DNA of 64,000 nucleotides from Candidatus Carthagonibacter metallireducens (GCA_023554445.1 JAMJQQ010000124.1:14419-78418); one strand, 5' to 3'; counted from the first letter of the stretch, positions 1 to 8,829 are shown. A program made the numbers and translations. The notes: a model not told the origin generated them from the letters alone.

Positions 1-448
1 CCAGCACCGTCCTCTTTCCCACGCGCGTGAACTCCTCCCGACTCCGAGCCGGCGCCCCGATGAGGAACAGAGCGAAGCGAGCCACCGGATCGCCGAATCC
101 GGTTCGCGAAGCGGTGGTCTCTCCCCTCACCTCCACGTCCCCCGTCCACTCGCCGATCACGAACGGCGCGGCGATATCGGCCCTGGCCGAGAGGCCGAAC
201 ACACCGAGCGTACGGGAATACGCGGGTGTGAAACTGTGAACATCCCCGTCCACGTTCTCGACCGGAACCGTCTTGTCGAACAGCAATCCGCCGGTCGAGA
301 ACGCGTAGTTGAGCGTGATCGCATTGACACCGACCGGCGCCGGAGTGTAGACGCGGGGCTGTACGTCCTGGGCAGCGAGCCCGATCGGCAGCGCCAGGTG
401 GAGCAAAGCGAACAACACGGGTGCGCGCCAGATTCGAGACGTGTCCAT
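1..448 (-). CDS. Outer-membrane beta-barrel 'transporter' (Phenol_MetA_deg/SphA-like), runs off window edge
   Basis: Not in ORF track; manual translation MDTSRIWRAPVLFALLHLALPIGLAAQDVQPRVYTPAPVGVN...RTGFGDPVARFALFLIGAPA. Signal peptide plus QDxxPRxY..APVG and GxGDP motifs. Confidence 0.75.
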   Translation of the reverse strand, partial: MDTSRIWRAPVLFALLHLALPIGLAAQDVQPRVYTPAPVGVNAITLNYAFSTGGLLFDKTVPVENVDGDVHSFTPAYSRTLGVFGLSARADIAAPFVIGEWTGDVEVRGETTASRTGFGDPVARFALFLIGAPARSREEFTRVGKRTVL

Positions 449-513
449 ACGATGGGTATCGGAAACAACCCGGCGTTGCCCCAGAAGCCTCGGTTGGCTT
501 CCCGCGTCGCTAC

Positions 514-1620
514 TCAGTCGTCGAGCAAGTGCTCGGATACCCAATCTCGGACCTTGGCAATAGCAGCCTGCGACTCGGCGCTCTCGGGGAGTGTCGGCAC
601 GAACACGTGAGGCATGCCCTCGTATATGTCGAGCTTCACCGTCTGACCCGCCTGGTCGAGCGCCTGATAGAGACGGACGAGGTTGCTGAGGAAGATCTCT
701 TTCGTACCGCCCTGGATCAGGGTTGGCGGGAAGCCCTGCGTGAAGTCTCCGTATACCGGGGACACATAGGGGTTCTTGTGATCTTCGGCATGAGCGTACG
801 CAAGTGCCGAAGGCCCGAGAACGAGTTCATAGGTGTAGTATGGATCGGCATCGCGGAGCGTGACGTACGTGTCACCGGTCTCGGAGATATCCGCCCAGGG
901 GGACCACAACACAATCGCCGCGGGCATCTCCATACCGAGGTCGCGCATTTTGAGCGTAACACCCGCCGCGAGGCCACCACCCGCCGAGTCACCATAAAGG
1001 ATGATGTCGTCGCCCGTGAAGCCCTGCCCGGCCAGCGCCTTGAAGACACTGATGACCTCGTCGGTCGTCGCCTGCCACTTGGAATGCGGCGCGAGAGTGT
1101 AGTTCACCGCAATGACGCGCAGACCGGTTTCTGCGGCGAAGAACATGGCCGACTCGATCACGGCCTTGGCCGAGTTCAGCACGTATGCTCCGCCGTGAAC
1201 GTAGACGGCGATCTGGTCCGTGCTTGCAAGATCCGACGGCGTCACCACGACCACGGGAATGCCGGCGATTTCGGTTTCCTCGTAGGTCACGCCAAACGCC
1301 GCAGCCTTTTCGTCTGCTTTGGGTTCTTTCGCCTCGTCGTTGGCGGCCTGCACTGCTTTCCAACCCTCGATGTCATCAGGCGCAGGCATCGGCGTTTCGC
1401 GATTTTGACCCTTTTCGGAGAAGAACACACCCCATTCAGGCGAGATCGTCTCGGGGACGCTCGTCCACAAGGGCATTGGGTCCTGCGCGGCCGGTGGGTC
1501 GGACCCCTTGCCCGAAGGATCGCCAACCTCCTTCGCATCGGGGGCGCACGCTGCCAGGAGTCCGGCACACAACAAGAGCGCTAATCGTTTCGTTTGGATC
1601 TTTATCTCTGTGGCGGTCAT
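514..1620 (-). CDS. Lipoprotein alpha/beta hydrolase (HSL-family esterase/lipase)
   Basis: Lipobox LLAAC; HGGAY oxyanion hole; GDSAGG nucleophile; C-terminal GMPHVF His. Confidence 0.9.
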   Translation of the reverse strand: MTATEIKIQTKRLALLLCAGLLAACAPDAKEVGDPSGKGSDPPAAQDPMPLWTSVPETISPEWGVFFSEKGQNRETPMPAPDDIEGWKAVQAANDEAKEPKADEKAAAFGVTYEETEIAGIPVVVVTPSDLASTDQIAVYVHGGAYVLNSAKAVIESAMFFAAETGLRVIAVNYTLAPHSKWQATTDEVISVFKALAGQGFTGDDIILYGDSAGGGLAAGVTLKMRDLGMEMPAAIVLWSPWADISETGDTYVTLRDADPYYTYELVLGPSALAYAHAEDHKNPYVSPVYGDFTQGFPPTLIQGGTKEIFLSNLVRLYQALDQAGQTVKLDIYEGMPHVFVPTLPESAESQAAIAKVRDWVSEHLLDD

Positions 1621-1697
1621 CTCATCAACTCCGCTTTCGGCGCCTGCCGCGTCTTCATCGCCGCGTCCGGCGCCGGGTTACGTCCATACGCCGTCGA

Positions 1698-3218
1698 CTA
1701 CTCCACCAACTCGACCTCACCCGGACGCCAGGTCTTCTCGATCCACGGTTCCAGCGGTCCGTACAGTCGGAGTATGACGAACCAGCCCTTCCCGGGAACG
1801 GTTTCGAGCCAGTTGCTCTCGAAGCCCTCGGGTGGCGTAGGTCCGAAGTAGATGTCGTACGAACCGTCCGCGTTCTGCCGGAATCCCTCGGTCTGACTGC
1901 CTACGCTCGGGAAACTCTGGCTCGTCTGGAGCATGGAGCGGGTCTGGTTGTCGTAGACGGTGAGGGCCCAGAAATCCTTCGCCGGCGGATCGGCCGGGAT
2001 GTGGACTTTGTAAGTCTTGGAACCGTCGAGCGGCTGTTTGTTGGAATCCACGTAGGCGATGCCGTAGTCCGAGCCCACTCCAGCGATGGTGACGGCCATG
2101 GCGGGCGTAACGGCAGTATACGGATAGTGGAACATCACGCGGGCGTCGGAATTCATCGTCTGCCCGTCCTGGCCGTTGAAGAAGACGTTCTTGTCCACCC
2201 AGCCCATGATCCAGGCGCTGTTCTGACCGGGGTAGAGCTCGATGCCTTTCATCGTGCCATCAACCCGGGGATACCAGACGATCGAGCGCGCCGCAGCGTT
2301 GGCGATCGCGACCGCGTCGGTCAGTATCTCTTGCATGCGCGCGTCGGGCTCGAAAGGCCTGCCTTTCTCCATGCCGATGGAGGCAAACAGACCCCGCGTC
2401 TCGGGATCCAGCAGCTCCAGTGGCTCCTTCTGGATCACCTCGTTGAGGTGCTCGTAAAAGGTGTAATCGTTTGCGTGCACGGTATTGAACGCCATGCCGG
2501 AGCCGCTGATGAACTCCATCTCCGGTGGGTTGTCCTTCTTGGAGAGCGGGTAGATACGAAGGTTGTCCGTAACGTTCTTCGTAGCCGCCTCGAGGCCCTC
2601 AGCTATGGAGGCCCGCATGAACACCCACACGTCGTACGTCCGGGACTTCACCACGAAGTAGCCCGCCGGCACCTCGCCGTCGTAGCCGGGCGGAAGGACG
2701 AGATACTTGCCGCCCTTCCCCTTGTCCGGACCGGCCGGGCCCACGTCCTCGATGTAACGGAACCAGGCATCGTTGAACGCACCGAGCATGCCTGCTGGAG
2801 CCTCGACAACTGTCGGGCCATCACGCTCGAGATCCAGGTTGGGAAGGACGTACAGGGTCGAGGTATTCCCGGTCAGGTACAGCGACTGGGAATCCATCAA
2901 CCGGTCGAAGATCAGCACCTGGTGACTCTCCACCGCGCCCAGGCTGCGAGCGCCCTTCATCAGCCCCTGCACAGAGGCGCCGGGCATGCTTTTGAGAAAG
3001 GCATCGACCCCGCGCATCGTATCGAGATAGTCGTAGACCTTCTCGGCCGTTTCGGCGGAGGGCGCTCCGTCCAGGTAGTCGAGGGTGCCGATCGAAGTCT
3101 ATACCTGGTCCGGAGTCGAGATCGACCCCAGGACTTCCTGGCTGACCTGCGCGCTCGCCGGCAGACACATCAGGTGTGCGGCGACGAGAGACAGGGCAAG
3201 CACTCTAAGCGCGTTCAT
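1698..3218 (-). pseudogene. DUF1254/DUF1214 exported protein interrupted by in-frame TAG at codon 40
   Basis: ATG at 3218 with GGAG RBS and signal peptide; frame reads TPDQV*TSIGTLDYLDG into ORF 1698-3017 (GPDKGKGGKYL, FWALTVYD, LRLYGP motifs). TAG at 3099-3101. Confidence 0.8.
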
Positions 3219-3230
3219 CGGATTACTCCA

Positions 3231-3902
3231 TCAGGTGCGGACGAGGTTCGAGGAGCCACTTTCGACCCACTCGATTCCGTAAAGCGTGGAAATCCAGATC
3301 CTGATCAATGCCTCGCTGACCGGTTCCGGGTCCATTCTCGGGTGCTGCCCGAACGCGTGGATGAGCGCGGAAGCGTCGAGCCGGTTGAGAGTCACTGCGA
3401 CGGGGCGAGCTTCGAAGTCGGGAATCAGCCCCTGCGCCTGGTCACCTTCGATGCGCTCGGTAACCGTATTGTCGAAACTCTCCATGAACCGGTTCCAGAT
3501 TGCTTCGAACTGCTCATCGGTGCTGGCCGCGTCGGCAACGGCCCGCAATAAGGGGCCTCGTTCGTGACCGACGCGCACCAGCCCGCCGAGCCCCTCCCGC
3601 AACAGGAGCGTGGGATCGCCGACACCTGCATACCACGGTTTGGTGGCGTCGACGATTGCGCCCTGTAGCATTCCCAGCAGGGTTTCCATCACCTCGTGCA
3701 GGTCCGTGAAGTGCTGGTAGAACGCCGATCGACTCACATCTGTCGATTCCATCAGCCGGCTGATGGTTATGTCGCGAAATGGACGCGACCAGAGGAAGTC
3801 CAACGCCGCATTCAGGATGGCGGCCCGCGTGCGTTCGGCTTTACCGACCCGGGACACGGGTTCCGGTTCTGCGCGCAGAGGTGAAGGCTCGATCTTCGAC
3901 AT
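3231..3902 (-). CDS. TetR/AcrR family transcriptional regulator
   Basis: N-terminal HTH: TRAAILNAA...ITISRLM...VSRSAFYQHF. Confidence 0.9.
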   Translation of the reverse strand: MSKIEPSPLRAEPEPVSRVGKAERTRAAILNAALDFLWSRPFRDITISRLMESTDVSRSAFYQHFTDLHEVMETLLGMLQGAIVDATKPWYAGVGDPTLLLREGLGGLVRVGHERGPLLRAVADAASTDEQFEAIWNRFMESFDNTVTERIEGDQAQGLIPDFEARPVAVTLNRLDASALIHAFGQHPRMDPEPVSEALIRIWISTLYGIEWVESGSSNLVRT

Positions 3903-3916
3903 GGCGGCCCGTATAG

Positions 3917-3971
3917 TGACAAAGTGTCAAGAAACACGAACGTACTGTCAAATTATACTGACATGCTGTCA
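3917..3971. promoter_or_regulatory. Two palindromic operators TGACA-N3-TGTCA (likely TetR sites)
   Basis: TGACAaagTGTCA at 3917-3929 and TGACAtgcTGTCA at 3959-3971 (inside promoter spacer); extra half sites at 3946-3950 and 3975-3979. Confidence 0.75.
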
Positions 3972-3980
3972 GCTTGTCAA
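3952..3980 (-). promoter_or_regulatory. Consensus sigma70 promoter of tetR cassette
   Basis: Minus strand TTGACA (3980-3975), 17 nt, TATAAT (3957-3952): perfect consensus. Confidence 0.85.
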
Positions 3981-4026
3981 GTGAGGGCCGCGCACCAGGG
4001 AGGCAGGGAAGAAAGTTCGGTCGGTC

Positions 4027-5988
4027 CTACTCTGTCGTGGCCGGCCCCTCGACCGTGGACAGCAGCACGACAGCGTCCTCCGGCTGGAGGTGCAGCTCGA
4101 CATCCCGGTCCGGGTTGAGCATGAGGCCGGCATCCGGCCCTGCCCGCCGTTTCAGACCCAGGGCGATCTCGCCCCTGGCGCCGGCCGCACGGTCAATCTC
4201 GTCGAAGGTGAGCGGCCCGGTGATGTCCACGTACTGGCTGACCGGCTCGAGCACGATCTGGGGACCCCAGGGACGCGTGAGCTCGGAAAAGACGGCGGCG
4301 AGCTCGCGATTGAGCGCAACCTGCGACAGAAGAAAACTCACGATGGAGCTGCTCACCACGACGTCGTCGCTCACGTTGTCGAACAGCACGGCGTTGTCCG
4401 GATCGAGCATCTCGATGAGGACGTTGGGTCGTCCGGCGCCGGTTGGCAGCAGGTCCTGCAGCATGAGATACGCTGACGTCGTGGTGGCGTCGGCTTCCTC
4501 CTCCACGGACGCTCTCTCGCTCGCGAGGATCAGGATGCTGTCGTACGCGGCCGGCTCGAGCTGTTCGAGAACGCGAGGGATCCGGAAGTCGGCTTCAACG
4601 TGCCGAACCGGCAGGCGCTGGTCCTCGGATTCGTAGTACTGGAGCAATCGCTCTCGTGTCTCGACGGGGGTCGTGGAGACGACGTCGACCTCGTAGCTGT
4701 CGGCGAAATGCCGATCCAGCTCCCACAGCAGGGTCGCGATCTTGCGGCTCCAGCCGAGGATCAGCGCCCGGCGATGCCCGATCTGCCCCAGGGTCCGGGG
4801 CGCTTCCGGTGACATCGGGCAGGCGGGAAGTTCAGTCGCCGACGGGGTCGTGTCGTCGTATCTATGCGCAACGAAGACGAGCAGCTCATCCGACTCGATT
4901 TGCGTATCGGGGCCCGGCGCCAGGTTGGGTGTTCCCTGCCCGGCCGGCGTGGTGCCAATGAGGATCGCGTTGGGGAAGCGGCGGCGGGCGTCCTCGAACC
5001 GTACACCGGCGAACCCGTCGATCGCGCGGACATGGATCGAACTCCCGTCATTGAGCGTCAGCAGTTCGGAGTAGACCTTGCAGAGACCGCGCTGCCGCGT
5101 GCTCTGGGCAATGATGCGACTTACGATGTCGTCGATGGCGATGATCTCGCTCTCTCCCTCGTAGGCGCGCCGCGCCGTCGCCACGCGTCTCACGTCGAAC
5201 AGCTCGGCTACTGCCAGCGGAGGGGTGTCGTCGGTCCGCGAGATGGACAACAGTTCTTTGATCGTCCTGGCGTCGACGGCCTCGGGCCGGTCTTCACCGA
5301 AATCGGCGCCGGGCAGGATCAGGACCGAGGCGCTGCGGTACGCCACGCGTTCCAGGTGCTCTGCACGCAGGGCAGAGCCGGAGCGAAGAAAGATGTCGCG
5401 GTCCGACCACAGCTCCCCCAGGCGGTCGCGAATTTCCCGCCGATGGCCTTCGTCGAGATCTTCGACCAGCACGACCACCCTGAGGCTCCTGGCGCCGATG
5501 CGGGCGAGGAAGCGCTCGACGCGCCGACGCGAGGCGATCAGGCCGCGCACGATGTCCGGGGTCCGTGCCGTCCACCCGAGCACGATCACGTGATCGCGCA
5601 GCGCGATGGGCGTGACTCCCGACTCCAGGTGCTCGATCTTCGAGTTCAGCCACTGCGTCATGATCGCGACCAGCAGGCCCAGGAACAGGACGTAGCCGAG
5701 GACCGTGACGATGGTCGAGATGGTGCGCAGCGTGAGGCCCTCGTCATCCCCGAGATACCCGGGGTCGCTCAGACGAAGGAACGCCCACCAGATGGCCTCG
5801 GAATCGGAAACGTCGGAGACCAGCCAGATAGTCAGAAGGCCTGCGACGAGGGCCACCAGGGCGATGATGGCCGCCGCCAGTGCCAGCCGGTAGCCGACAC
5901 CTCGCAAGACGAGGCGTTCGAGTCGAAAGGCGATCCGGTCGCGGACGCGGATGCGAGTGGATGGCTCACTGCGTGGCGCTCTGCTCAT
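4027..5988 (-). CDS. CASTOR/POLLUX (DMI1)-like cation channel with tandem RCK domains
   Basis: TM-pore-TM (WWAFLRLSDPGYLGDD) followed by two Rossmann-like RCK domains (HVIVLGW, ALILGWS). Confidence 0.8.
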   Translation of the reverse strand: MSRAPRSEPSTRIRVRDRIAFRLERLVLRGVGYRLALAAAIIALVALVAGLLTIWLVSDVSDSEAIWWAFLRLSDPGYLGDDEGLTLRTISTIVTVLGYVLFLGLLVAIMTQWLNSKIEHLESGVTPIALRDHVIVLGWTARTPDIVRGLIASRRRVERFLARIGARSLRVVVLVEDLDEGHRREIRDRLGELWSDRDIFLRSGSALRAEHLERVAYRSASVLILPGADFGEDRPEAVDARTIKELLSISRTDDTPPLAVAELFDVRRVATARRAYEGESEIIAIDDIVSRIIAQSTRQRGLCKVYSELLTLNDGSSIHVRAIDGFAGVRFEDARRRFPNAILIGTTPAGQGTPNLAPGPDTQIESDELLVFVAHRYDDTTPSATELPACPMSPEAPRTLGQIGHRRALILGWSRKIATLLWELDRHFADSYEVDVVSTTPVETRERLLQYYESEDQRLPVRHVEADFRIPRVLEQLEPAAYDSILILASERASVEEEADATTTSAYLMLQDLLPTGAGRPNVLIEMLDPDNAVLFDNVSDDVVVSSSIVSFLLSQVALNRELAAVFSELTRPWGPQIVLEPVSQYVDITGPLTFDEIDRAAGARGEIALGLKRRAGPDAGLMLNPDRDVELHLQPEDAVVLLSTVEGPATTE

Positions 5989-6110
5989 GTTTCCTCACGA
6001 GCAAGTAGTCGGTCGCGTCCGTGGTGGTTTCAAGAGAAGGATACGGTGCTCGTGGGGCTCGCGACTAGACGCTCGCTATCGCAGGCGCCTACCACGTGCC
6101 GACCTCGGGA

Positions 6111-6329
6111 TCAGGCGGAGACTTCCACGTATGAAGAGCTGCTGTGGGGTTCGGGAACCGGTTCTCCCTGTTGCTTGAGGCCCGCGACGTGGAGCTCGAT
6201 CGCCTCACGCATTCTCTGTTCGACCTCGGGCTCAGTTGCACCCGTTGCCACGCAGCCAGGAAGGTCCGGCGAGTAGGCCGAGCAACCGGTGCTCGTTCCT
6301 TCCATCACGATCAAGTAGCGCTTCGTCAC
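6111..6329 (-). CDS. hicB: HicB-like antitoxin (short form, no DNA-binding domain)
   Basis: AYSPDLPGCVATGAT...MREAIELHVAGL..GEPVPEP; GTGA overlap with hicA stop. Confidence 0.9.
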   Translation of the reverse strand: MTKRYLIVMEGTSTGCSAYSPDLPGCVATGATEPEVEQRMREAIELHVAGLKQQGEPVPEPHSSSSYVEVSA

Positions 6330-6511
6330 TTCAGCCCTGCCTGCTTGAGAACACTGTTGAGGGTCCCGGCTGCCAGGTCGTCGCTGCTCTTCCCCGCTAC
6401 CGTGACCGGACCTCGCTTCACCGGAGGTTTGTACTGTCGGTGGCTCCCGCGGGTCCGCGCAAGGTACCAGCCATCCAGTTCAAGCAGCTTGACTACTTCT
6501 CGGAACTTCAA
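6326..6511 (-). CDS. hicA: HicA toxin (mRNA interferase)
   Basis: TTG start at 6511: MKFREVVKLLELDGWYLARTRGSHRQY...GTLNSVLKQAGLK; catalytic GSH present. Confidence 0.9.
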   Translation of the reverse strand: MKFREVVKLLELDGWYLARTRGSHRQYKPPVKRGPVTVAGKSSDDLAAGTLNSVLKQAGLK

Positions 6512-6637
6512 GTCGAGTGCTCCGCCCCTGGAGAATCGCAACTGGCTCACAGCTGCGACTCTAGGGGCAAAGCCTCAACATCCTGCCATCCCACCTTTCG
6601 GCGACTGAGTCCCTCAGAGGAATTCGCTAGAGCCGCG

Positions 6638-7807
6638 CTACATCTCCCGCACCAGACGCACGTAGTTGTAGATCCTGATCGCGTCGCCCTGAGGGCCGTG
6701 ACCCGTCGGATAGTCGGCCGGATCACCCGCCTTTGGATCACTTCGCTGCGCCCCCGCCCCGTGCACGTCGACCCAACGGTTCATGTATCCCATCGCCCGC
6801 CCGAAGGACACGTAGGCTGCGTAGCCACCCGCGACCTGCGACCAGTTCGCGTGCGTGGTGCTGGACCAGTACGAGGGGAAGTCCTGCTCACCCGCTTCGT
6901 TCGTGATGCCGGTGCTGCTGAACAGCGGATCGATGGCCGCGGAGCCTGTCGTCCCCGGCGCGCGAGAGTAGTCCAGGATGCTCTGGAGCTCCTTGGCATC
7001 GGGCAGTCGCCAGTCGGCGTGGCCCGCATGCTCGAAGCTCTCGGCGTAGGCGAGCGCCTCCTGCCAGTTCAGCCCCACGCCACTGTCCGTTGCCATCCAC
7101 ATCAGGCCGGTCGCCCGGTCCGTGATCGTGCCGTCGCCGTTGTCCTGGAAGTCGTTCACCCCGTAGGTCGGATTGCCGCGCACGTAGATGACGAAGAACG
7201 TCTTCTCCCGTCCGAACAGAGACAGGCCGTATCCCTTGATGCGTCCGTCGGCGAAGTTCACGCCGAACAGGGTCGCCTCCCCACCTCCGGTGACGTCCAC
7301 GTACTCCGTCGACGTGGCATACTGCGCGTCGATGATCCGGTCTCCGGCACCCGTATCGCCGTAGGCGAAGTCGAAGTAGTCCGTATCGATGAACGGCACC
7401 AGCGACGCGGTCGAAGTGCCTTCGTAGCCGCTCGGATCGATGCCACTGAACAGGATGAGGGAGTACAGCTCCTTGATCGTGGGCAGCCGCCAGTCGGAGT
7501 GGCCCCCAGCGCGGTACGAGGCGGCGCGGGAGGTCGCTTCGGAGTAGGTGAGCTTGTCGCTCGCATCGATATCCCCGTCCCCGTCCATGTCCGGGCTCTG
7601 TGACCACATCAGCCCGGTCACCAGGTCGGTGACGGTGCCGTCGCCGTTGTCCTGACAGGAGGGAGCGGTCCCCGGATAGTCGGCGTTCTGACCGTGGAAG
7701 GCGGCTCCGGCCGCTGGTGCCGGGATCACGTCCCGGTCGTCGTACCAGCTATCCTGGTCGGTCCCGACGACCGAGTAGCCGGAGATCGCGGGCAGCGTAT
7801 CGCTGGA
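6638..7807 (-). pseudogene. DUF1566 (Lcl-domain) protein, 5'-truncated
   Basis: Two DNGDGT(V/I)TD..TGLMW / DWRLP..KEL repeats and a DxDxDG Ca-binding loop. Plausible sequence starts at ~7807 with no start codon or signal peptide; upstream part of the ORF is antisense to another gene remnant. Confidence 0.7.
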
Positions 7808-8083
7808 CCGGGGCCAGGACCCGGTCCGACGCCGCCCCCGGAGAAGAAGCTCACGCGCTTCCACGGGAGCGTTGACCTGAGTCCAACCCGTCTCGGGCGG
7901 GACGCGGGACAGATCGCCGAGGAGGTGATTGCGCACCTGGCCGGACTTCAGGGGGCCGATGTGAGCCTTACGCTCGAGATCGAGGCGCGGGTGCCGGAGG
8001 GGGTGCCGGAGAATGTGGTACGAACAGTGACCGAAAACGCGCGGACGCTGAAGTTCAGTACGCAGGGGTTCGAGGAGGAGTAG
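7805..8083 (+). pseudogene. C-terminal fragment of a DUF499-family AAA+ ATPase (restriction-like defence operons)
   Basis: Pro/Gly linker then RFHGSVDLSPTRLGRDAGQIAEEVIAHL...LTLEIEA...VVRTVTENARTLKF..QGFEEE*, recognised from memory as the DUF499 protein C-terminus; no start codon. Confidence 0.65.
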
Positions 8084-8113
8084 TATGTGCAGACTGCTAC
8101 TGCATGGTCCCCT

Positions 8114-8137
8114 GCTCTGCTGAACGCTCTGCTGAAC
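8114..8137. repeat. Perfect 12-bp tandem direct repeat GCTCTGCTGAAC x2 (possible integrase arm sites)
   Basis: Copies at 8114-8125 and 8126-8137, about 90 bp from the broken tRNA; function is inference. Confidence 0.8.
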
Positions 8138-8159
8138 TGGGGCGCCTCATAGGGACTTC

Positions 8160-8201
8160 AAAGAGAAAGCCCGGTTCCATTAAGCCCACGGAACCGGGCT
8201 T
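8160..8201 (-). terminator. Intrinsic terminator downstream of tRNA fragment
   Basis: 12-bp perfect stem AAGCCCGGTTCC/GGAACCGGGCTT followed by TCTCTTT on minus strand. Confidence 0.7.
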
Positions 8202-8227
8202 GGTCTCTCCAGACAGCTAAGGCGTAC

Positions 8228-8267
8228 GATTAAAAGTCCGTTGCTCTGCCAGCTGAGCTACCCGGTC
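8228..8267 (-). tRNA. 5' half of tRNA-Lys(UUU), truncated
   Basis: GACCGGG TA GCTC AGCTGGCA GAGC A ACGGA CTTTTAA TC: acceptor 5' strand, D-arm and anticodon loop intact; no T-arm (TTCGA) follows. Confidence 0.85.
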
Positions 8268-8330
8268 AGGAAATGCCGAGACCATCGTACATCGTCCCGG
8301 CATGTCGCGATACAGCGCACCTCGAACGGC

Positions 8331-8786
8331 TCAGGTCGCACCGCTCACGTAGTCCTTCAGCATCCGATTCTCGTACGTCGCCTGGTTGAGGCAGGTTCGT
8401 ACGACATCGCCGATCGAGATGATCCCGACGAGCTTGCCTTCCTCGACGATCGGAAGGTGCCGGATCCGGTTCTGGGTCATGATCCCCATCGCGTAATCCA
8501 GGTCGTCGTCGGGAACGGCGCAGATCACATCCCGGGTCATAATCGCGACGACAGGCCGGTCACGCAGTCGCTCGACCCGCTCAGCCCCACTGTCCCATGT
8601 CTCGGAGGCGGTCCGAAGGAGGTCGCGCTCGCTGACGATTCCGTTGACGGAGCCGTCGTCGTCGGTGACCACCAGTGCACCGATCCGATGTTCGTTCAAC
8701 ACTCTCACGGCATCATGCACGGAACGACCCGCTCCGATCGTCGCTACTTCGCTGCCCTTCTCGCGGAGAATGTCGCTGATGCGCAC
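8331..8786 (-). CDS. CBS domain (Bateman pair) protein
   Basis: GTG with GGAGG RBS; IGALVV, GIVSERD, IRHLPIV, GIISIGDVV motifs. Confidence 0.9.
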   Translation of the reverse strand: MRISDILREKGSEVATIGAGRSVHDAVRVLNEHRIGALVVTDDDGSVNGIVSERDLLRTASETWDSGAERVERLRDRPVVAIMTRDVICAVPDDDLDYAMGIMTQNRIRHLPIVEEGKLVGIISIGDVVRTCLNQATYENRMLKDYVSGAT

Positions 8787-8829
8787 GTGGCCTCCCTTGC
8801 CGATATCGAATTTCGAACTCCCAGCGACA

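Larger units (their letters stand above)
1..8230. mobile_element. Right-hand part of a putative degenerate genomic island inserted at tRNA-Lys(UUU); left end outside window
   Basis: Accessory cargo (TA pair, defence-gene remnant, pseudogenes) ends at a tRNA broken just after the anticodon loop, with a tandem repeat nearby; mostly core genes to the right. No integrase in window, so this is inference. Confidence 0.55.

Noticed and set aside
3099-3101. Pyrrolysine or genetic-code reassignment of TAG
   Set aside because: TAG serves as a true stop for several genes here, including this one; no pyl genes seen.
8085-8227. Group I intron interrupting tRNA-Lys
   Set aside because: Break is after the anticodon loop, a terminator follows, and no 3' exon or intron core is visible.
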